DNA from: Eledone cirrhosa
Taxonomy: Eukaryota
Length of the DNA: 64,000 nt
Reading direction: 5' to 3'
Assembly (NCBI GenBank): GCA_964016885.1
Contig: OZ024747.1
Location: 73,408,001-73,472,000 of the forward strand
The notes beneath the pieces were generated by a model. It did no database searches. It had not been told where the DNA came from and saw only the letters and a list, made by a program, of their open reading frames with translations. The position numbers and the translations under genes are program-made. This document shows, one piece after another, positions 15,946-29,227 of this stretch. Every line of letters begins with the position of its first letter. Position 1 is the first letter of the stretch.

Positions 15946-15985
15946 CCGAGCTGAAGATCCGCGAAGGTGAAACAATTGTTCTCGG
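15946..15985 (+). ncRNA. Minimal type I hammerhead ribozyme motif
   Basis: ccgag-CTGAAGA-tcc-gcgaa-ggt-GAAA-caattg-TT-ctcgg. Palindrome ACAATTGT; (TA)n begins about 100 nt downstream. Confidence 0.78.
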
Positions 15986-16079
15986 TATGGTGAACTAACT
16001 GTTGTGTAACCACTTCTACCTAACTCGTCCCTTGGACTGAGTGCTCTACCACTACGGATATTACCTTCCAGTGTTCCAC

Positions 16080-16140
<61 letters not shown>

Positions 16141-18611
16141 CATATATATATATCTGTGTGTGTAGAGAGCGAGCAAGGGAGGGGGGGGGGGGATAGAGTG
16201 AGAGGGAGAGTGAGAGCGAGATGGAGGGAGGAAATGTGTCTTACAGAGTGTGAAAGTAAGTTTTCAGTAAGTACGAATTGTAAAAGCTGGTGAATTCTTT
16301 AGCCGAACTGACATGCTTATCCCGGATGGCTGTGTTTATGTAGTTTGTTCTATGTTTATAGTGAAAGGTATCAACAACTCTAATGCCTTCGTCGTATAAT
16401 AGTATGTTAGGCTCGTTTCTTACATATAAGTAAAGAGATTATTGCTGTAAATGGAGATAAGTGGTTTATATAACAATGGCAATATCTTGAGAATGATACC
16501 AACTGTGGAGTGATCAGTCGATAAAGGCCAAATGTCAACGCTTAACATTCGAAACAGTATTTAACGTTGTCACAAAAGAATTACATAGAAAAAATATAGG
16601 AACTGTAGCGTGACACCAAGTGTAAAGGCCAATAGACAGTGAAAGAACTCTAACCCACTCAGAAATATCATCTGTCTCGTCTGTATTGATCAACACAAAA
16701 CACTGTAATGTACCGTTCAGATACACATGTATACTAGTAAAAAAAGTCAAACAGAGAAATAGAAGTAAATATCGGTAGATATCTAAGAGACGAATCAATA
16801 AAGAATGATTGGTGTTGAAGTATATGGCACTTTGTTGCAGGATGTACTTCCCGTTTTATTATTTCCTTTTTAAAAGAGGGAAGTCCTGATTTTTAATCTT
16901 TTCTTTTTTCCGGTCAATAGACTGCAGCGATTTTGGTTAGCCATCTTCAAATGTATTAGTCAAATAAATTATATAGACATCAGTAGTTGTTTTAAAGTTA
17001 TGGGACTTAGTAGAATACGATATAAAAAGTATCGCATATCGAAGATTTCTGACCATTTTAGGGTGAAAAGAGGGAAACTAATCACTACAACTAAATTTAC
17101 CACCCCATCCTAATTGCGCCGTTTAATACTAAATACCCAATCAACGTAAAACAATTGAGTATTGTAATAGGTGCTACCTGTAGTAATTATCACTACTCAC
17201 AGCCTGTCTCTCTCTCTCCTGGTTCTCTTCAGTAGTTACGAGTGCAGGCTGGCGTTCGATTTAGTGTTTCTCCAATGTTTTCTGAACAAATTGGAGCAAT
17301 GATAGTTTTATTTATGAATATATACATACAAGAATCCATTCATACTCGCATACACATTGTCTGTGTCAAGAGAATCGAATCGAAATACAGAGTTGTCCCT
17401 GCGTGATTTCGAACATGACATATTAACAGGGATTAAATACGATATAACAGGTTCAGCCATTGCTACGTACTCTCTAGTTGACAATTCCAACTACTTGAAA
17501 ATCAGAATTATTGTTGAGGTAAAATAACACCATTTGAACGACTTCTTCAATAAAACGTAAGAACGAAATAAAATATTTATTTGAATATATATCCCTTTAC
17601 AGGAAATCGATACTATACTGTTCAGATTTATACCATCTAAATCAATCTCATATCATAAAATAGAAAAAGAATACCACATTGTTCCTGAATTCAGCAAAAC
17701 TTTTTATACGCTGGTTTGTAATTCCAATCCTCCATTTCGTTTATTCCAAAGGGAATAAGTTTATGTCTTCTTCCCAATTTCACTAATAATCCTCGACGAA
17801 GGCGATTTCAGATACTTTATTTTGATTTTCACTTATTTTCTTTCACAAACCTAATTGCTTCAAACTGCATACAGTGACATAAAAAGACAAAAGCTGAATT
17901 TAAAGAAAATAATCACATGCTATATGTAGATAAGAGAGCCAGTGAAAAAGAAATTCCGCGCCCCCTGGGAAAAAAATAGATAAATAATTCATCGTTTGTT
18001 TTGCTTTGTTCAGCTTTCGTGTTGGTAACCCTTTAGTATTTGAGTAATGGTGGGAAGTAAATATCACCCCATTATATATATATATATATAGGTTTACAGA
18101 CAGGCAGACATAATTAGATTTGTGTTTTAGCTACACTATATATAACATAATGTATACAAGGATTGTCGTGTGAAGTTTTTATTTTTTTTAATAGACGAAA
18201 GAGCAATTTGTTCCATTGTCACAATGCAGGTCTTGTAAGGACGCGGCTACACTTAAAACATGTCTTTGGTTATTTACAATATTTTTCACAATTAAGAAAA
18301 AAAGTATTATTACTTCGTTTTTGTATTTTATTGGCAGCATAAACCTCCCAATGTATAATTATATTAATATTAAAGGTTAGTTAACATTATTCTCTGGCGA
18401 CACAGCAGTGTCACAGCAAAGTAACTTTGTGCAATCGGTTTGCTACAAATAGTAGTCAAATGTCTTAAAGCATGTTGTTTATTAAAGAAATGATGGCTTT
18501 GAAAAAGAATAAAAAAAAGACAAGTTGTGCTTCATTATAGGCCGTGATTTGATGGAATTGTCTGAGCGTCGGACAAAATGGATTGTATCATTTAGTTACG
18601 ACCAATTACGT

Positions 18612-18718
18612 CCTGAGTTCAGATCTCGCCGAGGCTAGATTTGCCTTTCATCCTTACGGTGTCGATGAAATAAAGTACCATTAAAGTCCTGGAGTTGACT
18701 TTGATCGATAGTCCCCTT
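18612..18718 (+). mobile_element. SINE fragment
   Basis: ctgagttcagatctcgccgagg...ttgcctttcatccttacggtgtcgatgaaataaagtacca, same family as 10651. Confidence 0.65.
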
Positions 18719-21700
18719 GAGATTTTGGAGGCGGAACTCCAGCTGAAGAATCCTTGAATATCAAGAGAGAGAAATTTATATTTATTTATTTATTTATTTA
18801 AATAATATGTCTTAAGGTCTTTTTACATTATTTAAAAATTAGCGATGGAGGATAACATTACAATGTATTTTACACCTTTTACTGTTGTTTTCTGATCAAC
18901 CATTATTTAAGATCTTGCTTCATGTTAGAACTCCAGGAGCCCTCACACTCAGTTTCATAACAGAGAAGAGGAATTAGGAAATATTATAAAATTAAGCCAC
19001 TAGGGAGAAAGTAATGAAAACATTGCATCTAAGTTTATTTTGTTAGAAGAAAATAATCCTGTTTTATTAGGACATTATTTTTACATTTTCGATGTTATAC
19101 AAATGTTGCGGATTATCCTCTGAAAATGTATTCATGCAAAATAAAAGAACAGATTAAATGAATGATCTTCCAAAGATAAATCTATGATTTAAGCAATATA
19201 TACAGATAAAAAAGGCAGGAGAGAACATACATAGATATATAATTACGCAAAAAGTTACCTAGTCAGATAAACAGATAAGCACAGGTATTTAAATTTAGAT
19301 GCATATACGCACAAAATAAAGATAAAAAGATAATCAATTAAAAAGAGAGACTTCAAATTGAAGAATGCGTGTTTACCTTCAAATTAGAACGGATATTTTT
19401 TATTCATTAAAGGGAGGTTTAATAAGAATAACTTTAGCAGTTGCTATGTCTCCCCACCAAGACATACACATACATGTATACACCGCCTCTTACAAATGTA
19501 CACGCAACCTCTTATATATGTACACTCAGCCTGTCACACATGCAAACACATTTTCAAATATATAGCCAAGGTACTAAGTGTATAAATTAATGTCTGGTAT
19601 CAGAGCAACTGGTAAGGGTCAGTTTTGGCCACAATTCTTCCTTAACATAATTCCTGCAAGTGTTCGAAGCGTTGAATTGACGTTAGGTGTGAACAATCTA
19701 ACCTTGTAGTCATCGATTGTTCATCTGGGAGTGAGGAATCGACGGAAGGTGATGTAAAGTATTTGTTCAGGTAAAAATTGTGTAAATTAAAAGACTGTGG
19801 ATATATTGACTTTCTGCTAGAGTTGCAGTCGCAAAATGAGGAAACAAATCCTAAAATATATTATGAGGATAGATACCTGAATATATATATAGAGTTTAAT
19901 CGACAACATATCATACCTCATTCATTTACCGAATGAGGTGGAACTGTCACATCCGACTAAGGAAACCGCATTTCCAATTATCTTTCTACTGCTGATAGTA
20001 TCTACCTGTCGCACCTAATACAGGGTATGAAAGGAAATAGATACGAGGTCAGTGATTGGTGTCGTACAGTTGACACCACACTCTGCCCACGAGAAAGACG
20101 CTTACGCTTAAAAAGTAGCTATAATAGAATAAAACAGTTTCCTTTCTATTTAATACCAGCACTTTAAAATAAATGAGATGTATTTTGGCTCATACCATAC
20201 CATAGGATTCACTCCTGTAGTTATACATTCTAGACCATATAGTGCCAGGTAAAACCAATCTTCTGAAGATGACATATGAATACAATACCCATAGTAACCA
20301 GTCTACGCACTGAGATAATGGTTTCAGGTACTCGTCATATATACAGACTATATATATGGACATCATCTACTCTAAACAGGCTGAATAAAATAACTTGCTC
20401 TAATGTTGCCCTTAGTTATCTAGGAACGTACATATGTTGGTGTTCCAATCCCTCTCATGGTGTTTATTAAACCACGTCATGATTTGAACTCGAATTTGGA
20501 TGCGCTTCAGCACATTTGGGCACTTTGACGATTCCTTTGCTCCGTAACAGCACCATAGACTGGTTCCTTATATATCGACACCGAAATGATGAAAGGCAAA
20601 ATTAACATCGATTTAATAAATATTTAGAATACAGAAATCTAGGAATAAACACGACGAGGCCTCATACTTTCCACACGAGTCCTTCCGTCAATTCATCGCC
20701 TTATATAGTACATTACCATAAATATATGTTGGAGCAGTATAATCGACTGAAATATCTGTATTACCATAACACCACGTATCTCTACAAGTTGTAAAACGGC
20801 AAAGTAAAGCCAGTACGATTTAAACTCAAAATATAATGGATAAAAGAATATACGAAGAATCGGTTTTGTCCGCCATTCTACTGTTTCTGCTATTTTCAGA
20901 TTTTCTGCACTGATGTGTATTATTAGTGTTTATTCCATAGAACCTGTGATGATGGGTTAAAGTACTAGGTCAGAGTATATCACTGAAGGTGACGATATAA
21001 GGATATGACATTCAGAATATGGAGAAAGTATATTCAACATATGTAGGGCACAAAATATATCATCCCCTTTTAATGTTTTATATTTACCTTAATACTGTGT
21101 TAAATCTATAAACGTTTTTTTTCTTTCAAACTACACTTATTATATAATACAATTAACACCACCTAAGATAGAATTCAAATGGCTTTTATATTACCTGTTG
21201 TTTATTTATATATATATTTATATATTTTGTTACAATCATCAGATATTGTTTTCTGCACTGGAGTCTCAGCAGGTCGGCTGTTGAAAGCCTTTCAAGCAAA
21301 AAGCTTCTCAGCATTTTGAAGTCAGCTATGAAATCGATAACTCACACAATTCAAACCTTAGAGCAAAGTTGTTTCTTTCATTTCTATGCTTCTGCTTTTA
21401 AGTGTTGTTTTTGTTGTAAAAAGATACGACAAAAACACCCAAAAATAAAACAAACAAAAAACAAAAACAAACAAATATTTTTATTATTTTCGCTTATATT
21501 TCTTTTACTTTTCTTTCTTTATTTACATTATTTATTTTCATTAATTTATTTTGGTTTGCATTTTACATCTCTAGCAAGAAATAAACAGCTTTGAAACGGA
21601 AATTGTTTGCAAAAAATAGCCTATTCTACATTTTTTCATAATCTTTTTCCTAGCATTTTAAACAAAGCTTCAACTTTATCTTGTATTTCTGTTTTCATTC

Positions 21701-22349
21701 GGTTTGAAACAAAATTAAAACCCATGTTTAAAACATCTAATGATGTCTAAACAAGACATGATTTAACAATGATGGCGATTTCCAACACATTTATTTAAAT
21801 ATAGTAGTCAGACGTTAAAGTTTATTTTTGGCATTGGTTGTAAAGAAAAGTAAAATTTGCTTAAGATTTATTTTGAACTATGGGTTTGATATATTTGGCA
21901 AGTTACTAGCCAAAACTGTGGTTGTAGTTAAGTGGAAGTTATGTTTGGCTAGGTTGGGTAATTGTTCAACAGTCAATAAAATATGAAAGTGAGATTCAAA
22001 CACAAATGAAAATATGCCTATATATATTTATTTATATATATACGGAAACAAGAGTGACAGAATGAATGATGGAGAATGAGTCACGCTTGATTTTATATTC
22101 TATACGTACGCGCACAACTCTTTATTCATCTACATATAAACCTATACATAAGTGAAGTACATAATGTATTTAAATCCCTCTTCCTTGTATATCAAACGAA
22201 CTGTATATATATATATATATTGTATATATATATATATATATATTGTATATATATATATATTATAAGCTTTCACCGTATTTTAGACTAAAGAAATTTCTAG
22301 CCTGATAGTGGGGTTTATAACCCTCGGAGAAATGGAAAAAGATGAGTGT

Positions 22350-22420
22350 TGCCGTACATGGGAGTCGAACCCACATCTTTGGTTATCCAGACCACTGTGC
22401 TACCATTACACCAATACACA
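22350..22420 (-). tRNA. tRNA-like sequence (apparent anticodon GGA), probably non-canonical or element-borne
   Basis: A box TGGTGTAATGG, D stem GTGT/GCAC, anticodon stem TGGT/ACCA with loop CTGGATA, T arm GTGGG-TTCGACT-CCCAT. Acceptor stem imperfect. Confidence 0.6.
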
Positions 22421-22861
22421 TCCCGTCTCTTCCATTCGAATTAGAAGCTATGAACTTAGCAAGTGAATGATAAACAAGCAAATTATAAGCGTAAACATGT
22501 AAGTATGTTTTTGAAACGGTGCGCGAGTTTGAAATTAGAAATTAGAAATTATAAGCTTTCACCGTATTTTAGACTAAAGCAATTTCTAGCCTGATAGTGG
22601 GGTTTATAACCCTCGGAGAAATGGAAAAAGATGAGTGTTGCCGTACATGGGAGTCGAACCCACATCTTTGGTTATCCAGACCACTATCAGGCTAGAAATT
22701 TCTTTAGTCTAAAATACGGTGAAAGCTTATAATTTCTAATTTCTAATTTCAAACTCGCCCACCGTTTCAAAAACATACTTACATGTTTACGTTTATAATT
22801 TGCTTGTTTATCTTTCACTTGCTAATTTCATAGCTTCTAATTCGAATAGAAGGAGAAGGGA

Positions 22862-22932
22862 TGTGTATTGGTGTAATAGTAGCACAGTGGTCTGGATAAC
22901 CAAAGATGTGGGTTCGACTCCCATGTACGGCA
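22862..22932 (+). tRNA. tRNA-like sequence, second full copy, followed by T5
   Basis: Same cloverleaf with a G>A change in the D loop. TTTTT about 10 nt downstream resembles a Pol III terminator. Confidence 0.55.
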
Positions 22933-23095
22933 ACACTCATCTTTTTCCATTTCTCCGAGGGTTATAAACCCCACTATCAGGCTAGAAATTGCTTTAGTCT
23001 AAAATACGGTGAAAGCTTATAATTTCTAATTTCTAATTTCAAACTCGCGCACCGTTTCAAAAACATACTTACATGTTTACGTTTATAATTTGCTT

Positions 23096-23100
<5 letters not shown>

Positions 23101-23146
<46 letters not shown>

Positions 23147-23182
23147 ATATATATATATTTATATATATATTTATATATATAT

Positions 23183-23213
<31 letters not shown>

Positions 23214-23261
23214 TGTATATATATATATATATTGTATATACAATATATATATATTGTATAT

Positions 23262-23297
<36 letters not shown>

Positions 23298-23531
23298 ATA
23301 TATTGGTAAACGGAATAGAAAATGCTGACAAATTGTTCACGGTTGAAAAATGGTTTAATTAGGAATAAAAGAGTATTAGTGATTGTATGGGTTAGTATTC
23401 AGTTGTGGTTTTAAGTTTTTAAGTTTTTACCGGTTGCGCATTTCTAAATGCTTTTCAAAAATAATTTTGAGATAGAGTGTCCGTGCTGTTTGCTCTGATC
23501 TGTACAATATATATATATATATATATATACA

Positions 23532-23576
<45 letters not shown>

Positions 23577-23613
23577 ATATATATATATATATATATACAA
23601 TATATAAATATAT

Positions 23614-23644
<31 letters not shown>

Positions 23645-23701
23645 GTACAATATATATATATATATATTGTACATATATATATATATATTGTATATATATA
23701 T

Positions 23702-23737
<36 letters not shown>

Positions 23738-23751
23738 ATATATATATATAT

Positions 23752-23791
<40 letters not shown>

Positions 23792-23981
23792 ATATATATA
23801 TATATTTATATATATATATATATATTGTATATATATATATATTTATATATATATATATTTATATATATACATTGTATATATATATATTCTATATATATAT
23901 ATATTCTATATATATATATATATATAATGTATATATATATATATTGTATATATATATATATATATATTGTATATATATATA

Positions 23982-24015
<34 letters not shown>

Positions 24016-24160
24016 ATATATATATATTTATATATATATATTTATATATATACATTGTATATATATTGTATATATATATATTTATATATATATATTTATA
24101 TATATACATTGTATATATATATATTGTACATATATATATATATATATATTGTATATATAT

Positions 24161-24228
<68 letters not shown>

Positions 24229-24272
24229 ATATATATATACAATATATATATATACAATATATATATATACAT

Positions 24273-24318
<46 letters not shown>

Positions 24319-24352
24319 ATAGATATATATACAATATATATATATATATATA

Positions 24353-24390
<38 letters not shown>

Positions 24391-24474
24391 TATATATATA
24401 TATTGTATATATATATATATATAATTATATTGTATATATATCTATATTGTATATATATATATATATATATATAT
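23101..24474. repeat. (TA)n arrays punctuated by TTG/CAA, with a ~200-bp non-repetitive island
   Basis: Direct inspection; the island is at 23304-23503. Confidence 0.95.
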
Positions 24475-24512
24475 AGAAAGATTTGAATGGATACAGTTTA
24501 GTTGAAAGGAAT

Positions 24513-24632
24513 TTATTGACACGTGTTTCTATAACAGTTACATAGCCTAAAACAGCTGCTATCTACAAACTTTTAGTTATGCAGACATTCAATATTTCAA
24601 TGTTATTATTTACTGTCATTTCATCAGAATAA
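24513..24632 (-). ncRNA. Hammerhead ribozyme motif in inverted pLTR
   Basis: Reverse complement of 26625-26744. Confidence 0.8.
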
Positions 24633-24904
24633 TATTACTGAGGACCTATTTAGTTTTTATAGAGAATATTAGGAGGGAGGGGTGAAGTTGTTAGAAGAAT
24701 AGTTGAAGGAGTGGTTTTTCGATAGCAGTGAGAATTATTGGTGGCAGTGAGTAATTAGATTCCCATCTGTTGTTTTGACATTTTTTATAGAATATATTAT
24801 TGGTTATTTTTCTAAATCTATAGAAGGATTAGAGATAGTAAAGATATGCGTGGTTGGTTTTGTGTTTGCACTTAATTAACATTCAGACTTAAATTTTTCT
24901 TTCT

Positions 24905-25624
24905 AGTACAAATTTACCAGTACTCTTCTTTAAAATAATTAAAAGACATTTTCCCACATCACACAAATACCACAAAATCCTAAACCCTACCACTATAAGA
25001 CTGTCATACTCTACAGCGTTAAACCTTGAACAACACATACAACAGATCAATACTAGAAGGTTAAACGAAAACACTAAGAACTTAAGTACAAAGAACACAA
25101 AAAAAACAGTAGACAATACACTACAGAACATAAATAAACCACACCTAAGTTCGTCCGCAATACTACTCCAGAGAAAACCCAACGTACACAACTGTAACTG
25201 CACCTATCCTGACAACTGCCCCCTCGGCAATAACTGCCTGGAAAAAAATATTATTTATAAGTGTACCATTAAATCCGGAGGCAACGAGTGGTATTACGTG
25301 GGATCAACGGCAACATCGTTTAAATCTCGATTGTATAGGCATTCTTACTCAATAAAACACCAGAGCCAAAGAAATGTAACAACTTTAGCAGAAAAAGCTT
25401 GGACGCTCAGGGATAACGATCAAAAGTTTACCCTAAAATGGGAGAAATTAGCTAAAACCCAAAGCTTTTCCAGGAGCCAACATTTCTGCAAATTGTGTAA
25501 TCTTGAGATTTATTACATAATCACACACAAGAAGAAACTGCTGAATAACAGAATTGAACGAACATTATTCTGCCGTCACAGAACTAAAACCCTTTTTTTT
25601 CACTACAAGCCGAATATTACATAA
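24905..25624 (+). pseudogene. C-terminal thumb/linker + GIY-YIG endonuclease of a PLE (open frame, 5' end missing)
   Basis: Manual translation: RHFPTSHKYHKILNPTTIRLSYST...CNCTYPDNCPLGNNCLEKNIIYKC...WYYVGSTATSFKSRLYRH...CKLC...CRH. Homologous to 6724-7398. Confidence 0.88.
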
Positions 25625-25935
25625 AAGAGGGACATCCCCCAACTATATAAACCTTAATCTAGTTAGAAAAATATAAAAACAATCTCTTCTCAACATATAT
25701 TAATAACCTTAAATTACCACACTAATAATGGAAAGATATGCCGATGAGAATAGGTGCAAATATGCGATAATGAATGTGTCTAAAAACGTCCATAAGTATG
25801 TATATATATGTGAAAATGTATATAAATAAGTAAATATATATATATGTTTGATGTGTATAGTTAGATGTAAGTGTATTCATGTATTAAAGTGGTTATATAT
25901 ATATATATGTATATAAGTGTGTATATGTGTGTGTG

Positions 25936-26050
<115 letters not shown>

Positions 26051-26624
26051 GTATATATATGTATATGTATGTATATATGTGTATATAGATGTGTATGTAT
26101 GTGTGTACACATTGACTAGAGTAAGTATGTATATATGTGTGTGTCTATACGTGTGTATATAAAGATAAGTTGAGTATGAAAATGTATACACATGAGCGCG
26201 TAAGTATGTACATGAATACATGTGTGTATATATATGTGTATGCATGTGTATATACATGTAAGTATGAATATGTGAATTGTGAGTATATGTATTTTGTAGA
26301 GGTGTGCACATATATTTGTGTGTGAATGCGTGGGTGAAAGGATACGTACACTTGAAAGAAAAATTTAAGTCTGAATGTTAATTAAGTGCAAACACAAAAC
26401 CAACCACGCATATCTTTACTATCTCTAATCCTTCTATAGATTTAGAAAAATAACCAATAATATATTCTATAAAAAATGTCAAAACAACAGATGGGAATCT
26501 AATTACTCACTGCCACCAAGAATTCTCACTGCTATCGAAAAACCACTCCTTCAACTATTCTTCTAACAACTTCACCCCTCCCTCCTAATATTCTCTATAA
26601 AAACTAAATAGGTCCTCAGTAATA

Positions 26625-26744
26625 TTATTCTGATGAAATGACAGTAAATAATAACATTGAAATATTGAATGTCTGCATAACTAAAAGTTTGTAGATAGCA
26701 GCTGTTTTAGGCTATGTAACTGTTATAGAAACACGTGTCAATAA
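26625..26744 (+). ncRNA. Type I hammerhead ribozyme motif with long stem II
   Basis: ttatt-CTGATGA-a-atgacagt...actgttat-a-GAAA-cacgtg-TC-aataa (~90 nt stem II domain). Canonical GUC site; palindrome ACACGTGT. Confidence 0.85.
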
Positions 26745-26891
26745 ATTCCTTTCAACTAAACTGTATCCATTCAAATCTTTCTATTTTTCTCCGGATTACT
26801 TTTGGAACTACAACTGGAACCGTCGAGCAAACTCTACGTGAGCTGATAATCTACTGTGTGTAATATTTATATTACAACACAACGGAAAATA

Positions 26892-26944
<53 letters not shown>

Positions 26945-26967
26945 ATATATATATTGTATATATATAT

Positions 26968-27009
<42 letters not shown>

Positions 27010-27429
27010 ATATATATATTGTATATATATATATATATATATATATTGTACATAAATATATATATATATATTGTACATATATATATATATTGTATATATA
27101 TATATATATATATATATTGTACATAAATATATATATATATATTGTACATATATATATATTGTATATATATATATTGTATATATATATATATATATATTGT
27201 ATATATATATATATATAAATTGTATATATATATTGTATATATTTATATATATTGTATATATTTATATATATATTGTATATATATATTTATATATATACAT
27301 TCTATATATATATATATATATTGTATATATATATATATATATATTGTATATATATATTGTATATATATATATATTGTATATATATATATATTGTATATAT
27401 ATATATATATATTGTATATATATCTATAC

Positions 27430-27492
<63 letters not shown>

Positions 27493-27535
27493 TGTATATA
27501 TTGTATATATATATATATATATATTGTATATATAT

Positions 27536-27579
<44 letters not shown>

Positions 27580-27947
27580 ATATATATATATATATATATA
27601 AAAATAAAAATTGTAAAGTTCAAAGTAAGTTAAGTATCTAAATGTGTGGATATTTCCATAAAAATTTTGTTGTTGTATATATATATATTGTATATATATA
27701 TATTGTATATATTTGGTGTTGAAGTATAAAGACGTGTTTTCACTTCTCTCCCCGAGTAAGCAGCAAGTCACACAACCACAAAACAAAACCAAACAAACCA
27801 AATTGACCGGTCAATTACATTTACATACATCTATATTCTTATATATTTGAAACCAGGTGTTTCCCAACTTGTGAGTACATTTTCCTTTAACTACAAATTA
27901 TTATATACTTTCGTCTTTTCATTAATTTCATTAATTTCAAATAACCA

Positions 27948-28020
<73 letters not shown>

Positions 28021-28058
28021 TATTTATATATACACTAAAACACACACACAAAACTAGA

Positions 28059-28562
28059 ATGGCTAACCAGCAAAAATCCAAACAGAAATCGACATTCTAA
28101 TAAACACATGGCATTGCCTTACCCAAACAGAAGACATAGATGCTTCATGTCTGAACGACATTGCTAAACGTACAGTTCACCTTTTGAAAACCCGATCTGA
28201 ACAACAGATTCAAAATAAATTAAAGCAAATCGAAGTTGCTTTTAAATTAATCAATAAACATTTGGATAAACTACGGTGTGTTTTTTCTTCGGATGCTGTC
28301 CAGCAGCAGCAGCAACAACAACAACAGCAGCAACAACGGCAACAACAACAACAGCTACAACAACAACAGCAACAACAACAGCAACAACAACAATAACGAC
28401 AACAACAACAACAGTGTGAACCACTCCTTGATTCATCAACAATGGCCGATCTACTAAATGAAACTATTGACTTCCCAGTAGCCTCTGTCTCACAGCAGCA
28501 AACGCCACTTCCTTTCTCTGGCCCAGCAGTCCAATCATCACCACTGCCAACATCGTCTCTGC

Positions 28563-28602
<40 letters not shown>

Positions 28603-29227
28603 AACATCTTTGCCTACTGCTATCTCAAGGAATTTACCTTCCAGTACCAGTACAAGAACTCTCCCTCCCACAGCCCACAAAGGTCGTCAAATCCTACTCA
28701 AACCATCATCTACACCTCTCACAACACACACACACACATACACACCCACTCGAAACCCCATCATTTGCCGCTACTCTCTACGCTATAGAATATGTACGGA
28801 TAGTGGCTGCAAATTCACCCATTTACCTAGGACAAAACGGTCTATCCCCACAAACAGCCACCACCATAATACATACTCTAATTTAACACCAACACAACCA
28901 CCAATAACTCAAACAAGGAATCCACAAATCTGCCGCTTTCCCCTGCGAGACAGATTGTGTTTACACCGGGATTGTCCCTTTACCCATCTCCCGGGAACCC
29001 GTCGGAGAAATGAAAATAAAAATAAAAATAAAAGCAAAAACAAAAACCATAACCTATATAAAAATAACCACTACCACAGTCACCAACAGTCTCCTAAACA
29101 GGAAACTTCTTCCTCTCTTTTAGCCATAATGAATCTGGCAAAAGAACTGGAAAAAAACATTCGAGCTATCACCCAGCACCACCCTCCACTATCACCCCAC
29201 TGCACAAACTCCCATTGCTGCCATTAA
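28059..29227 (+). pseudogene. LINE ORF1 with poly-Q/poly-T tracts and two CCCH-type zinc-finger repeats
   Basis: ATG at 28059 with a probable 1-nt slip in an A-run. Frames 28184-28396 and 28442-29227 are the same frame, split by CAA>TAA in the poly-Q. Motifs CRYSLRYRICTDSGCKFTH and CRFPLRDRLCLHRDCPFTH. Confidence 0.7.

Larger units (their letters stand above)
22261..23100. mobile_element. Tandem + inverted ~290-bp unit containing a tRNA-like sequence, inserted in (TA)n
   Basis: 22261-22685 is ~1.45 tandem copies (period 289). 22681-23100 is ~1.45 copies in the opposite orientation. The junction shares the microhomology CCACT. Confidence 0.85.

Noticed and set aside
23304-23503. Island with minus-strand GAAAtgcgca
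   Set aside because: May be a truncated pLTR end, but it lacks CUGANGA and the U of the cleavage site.
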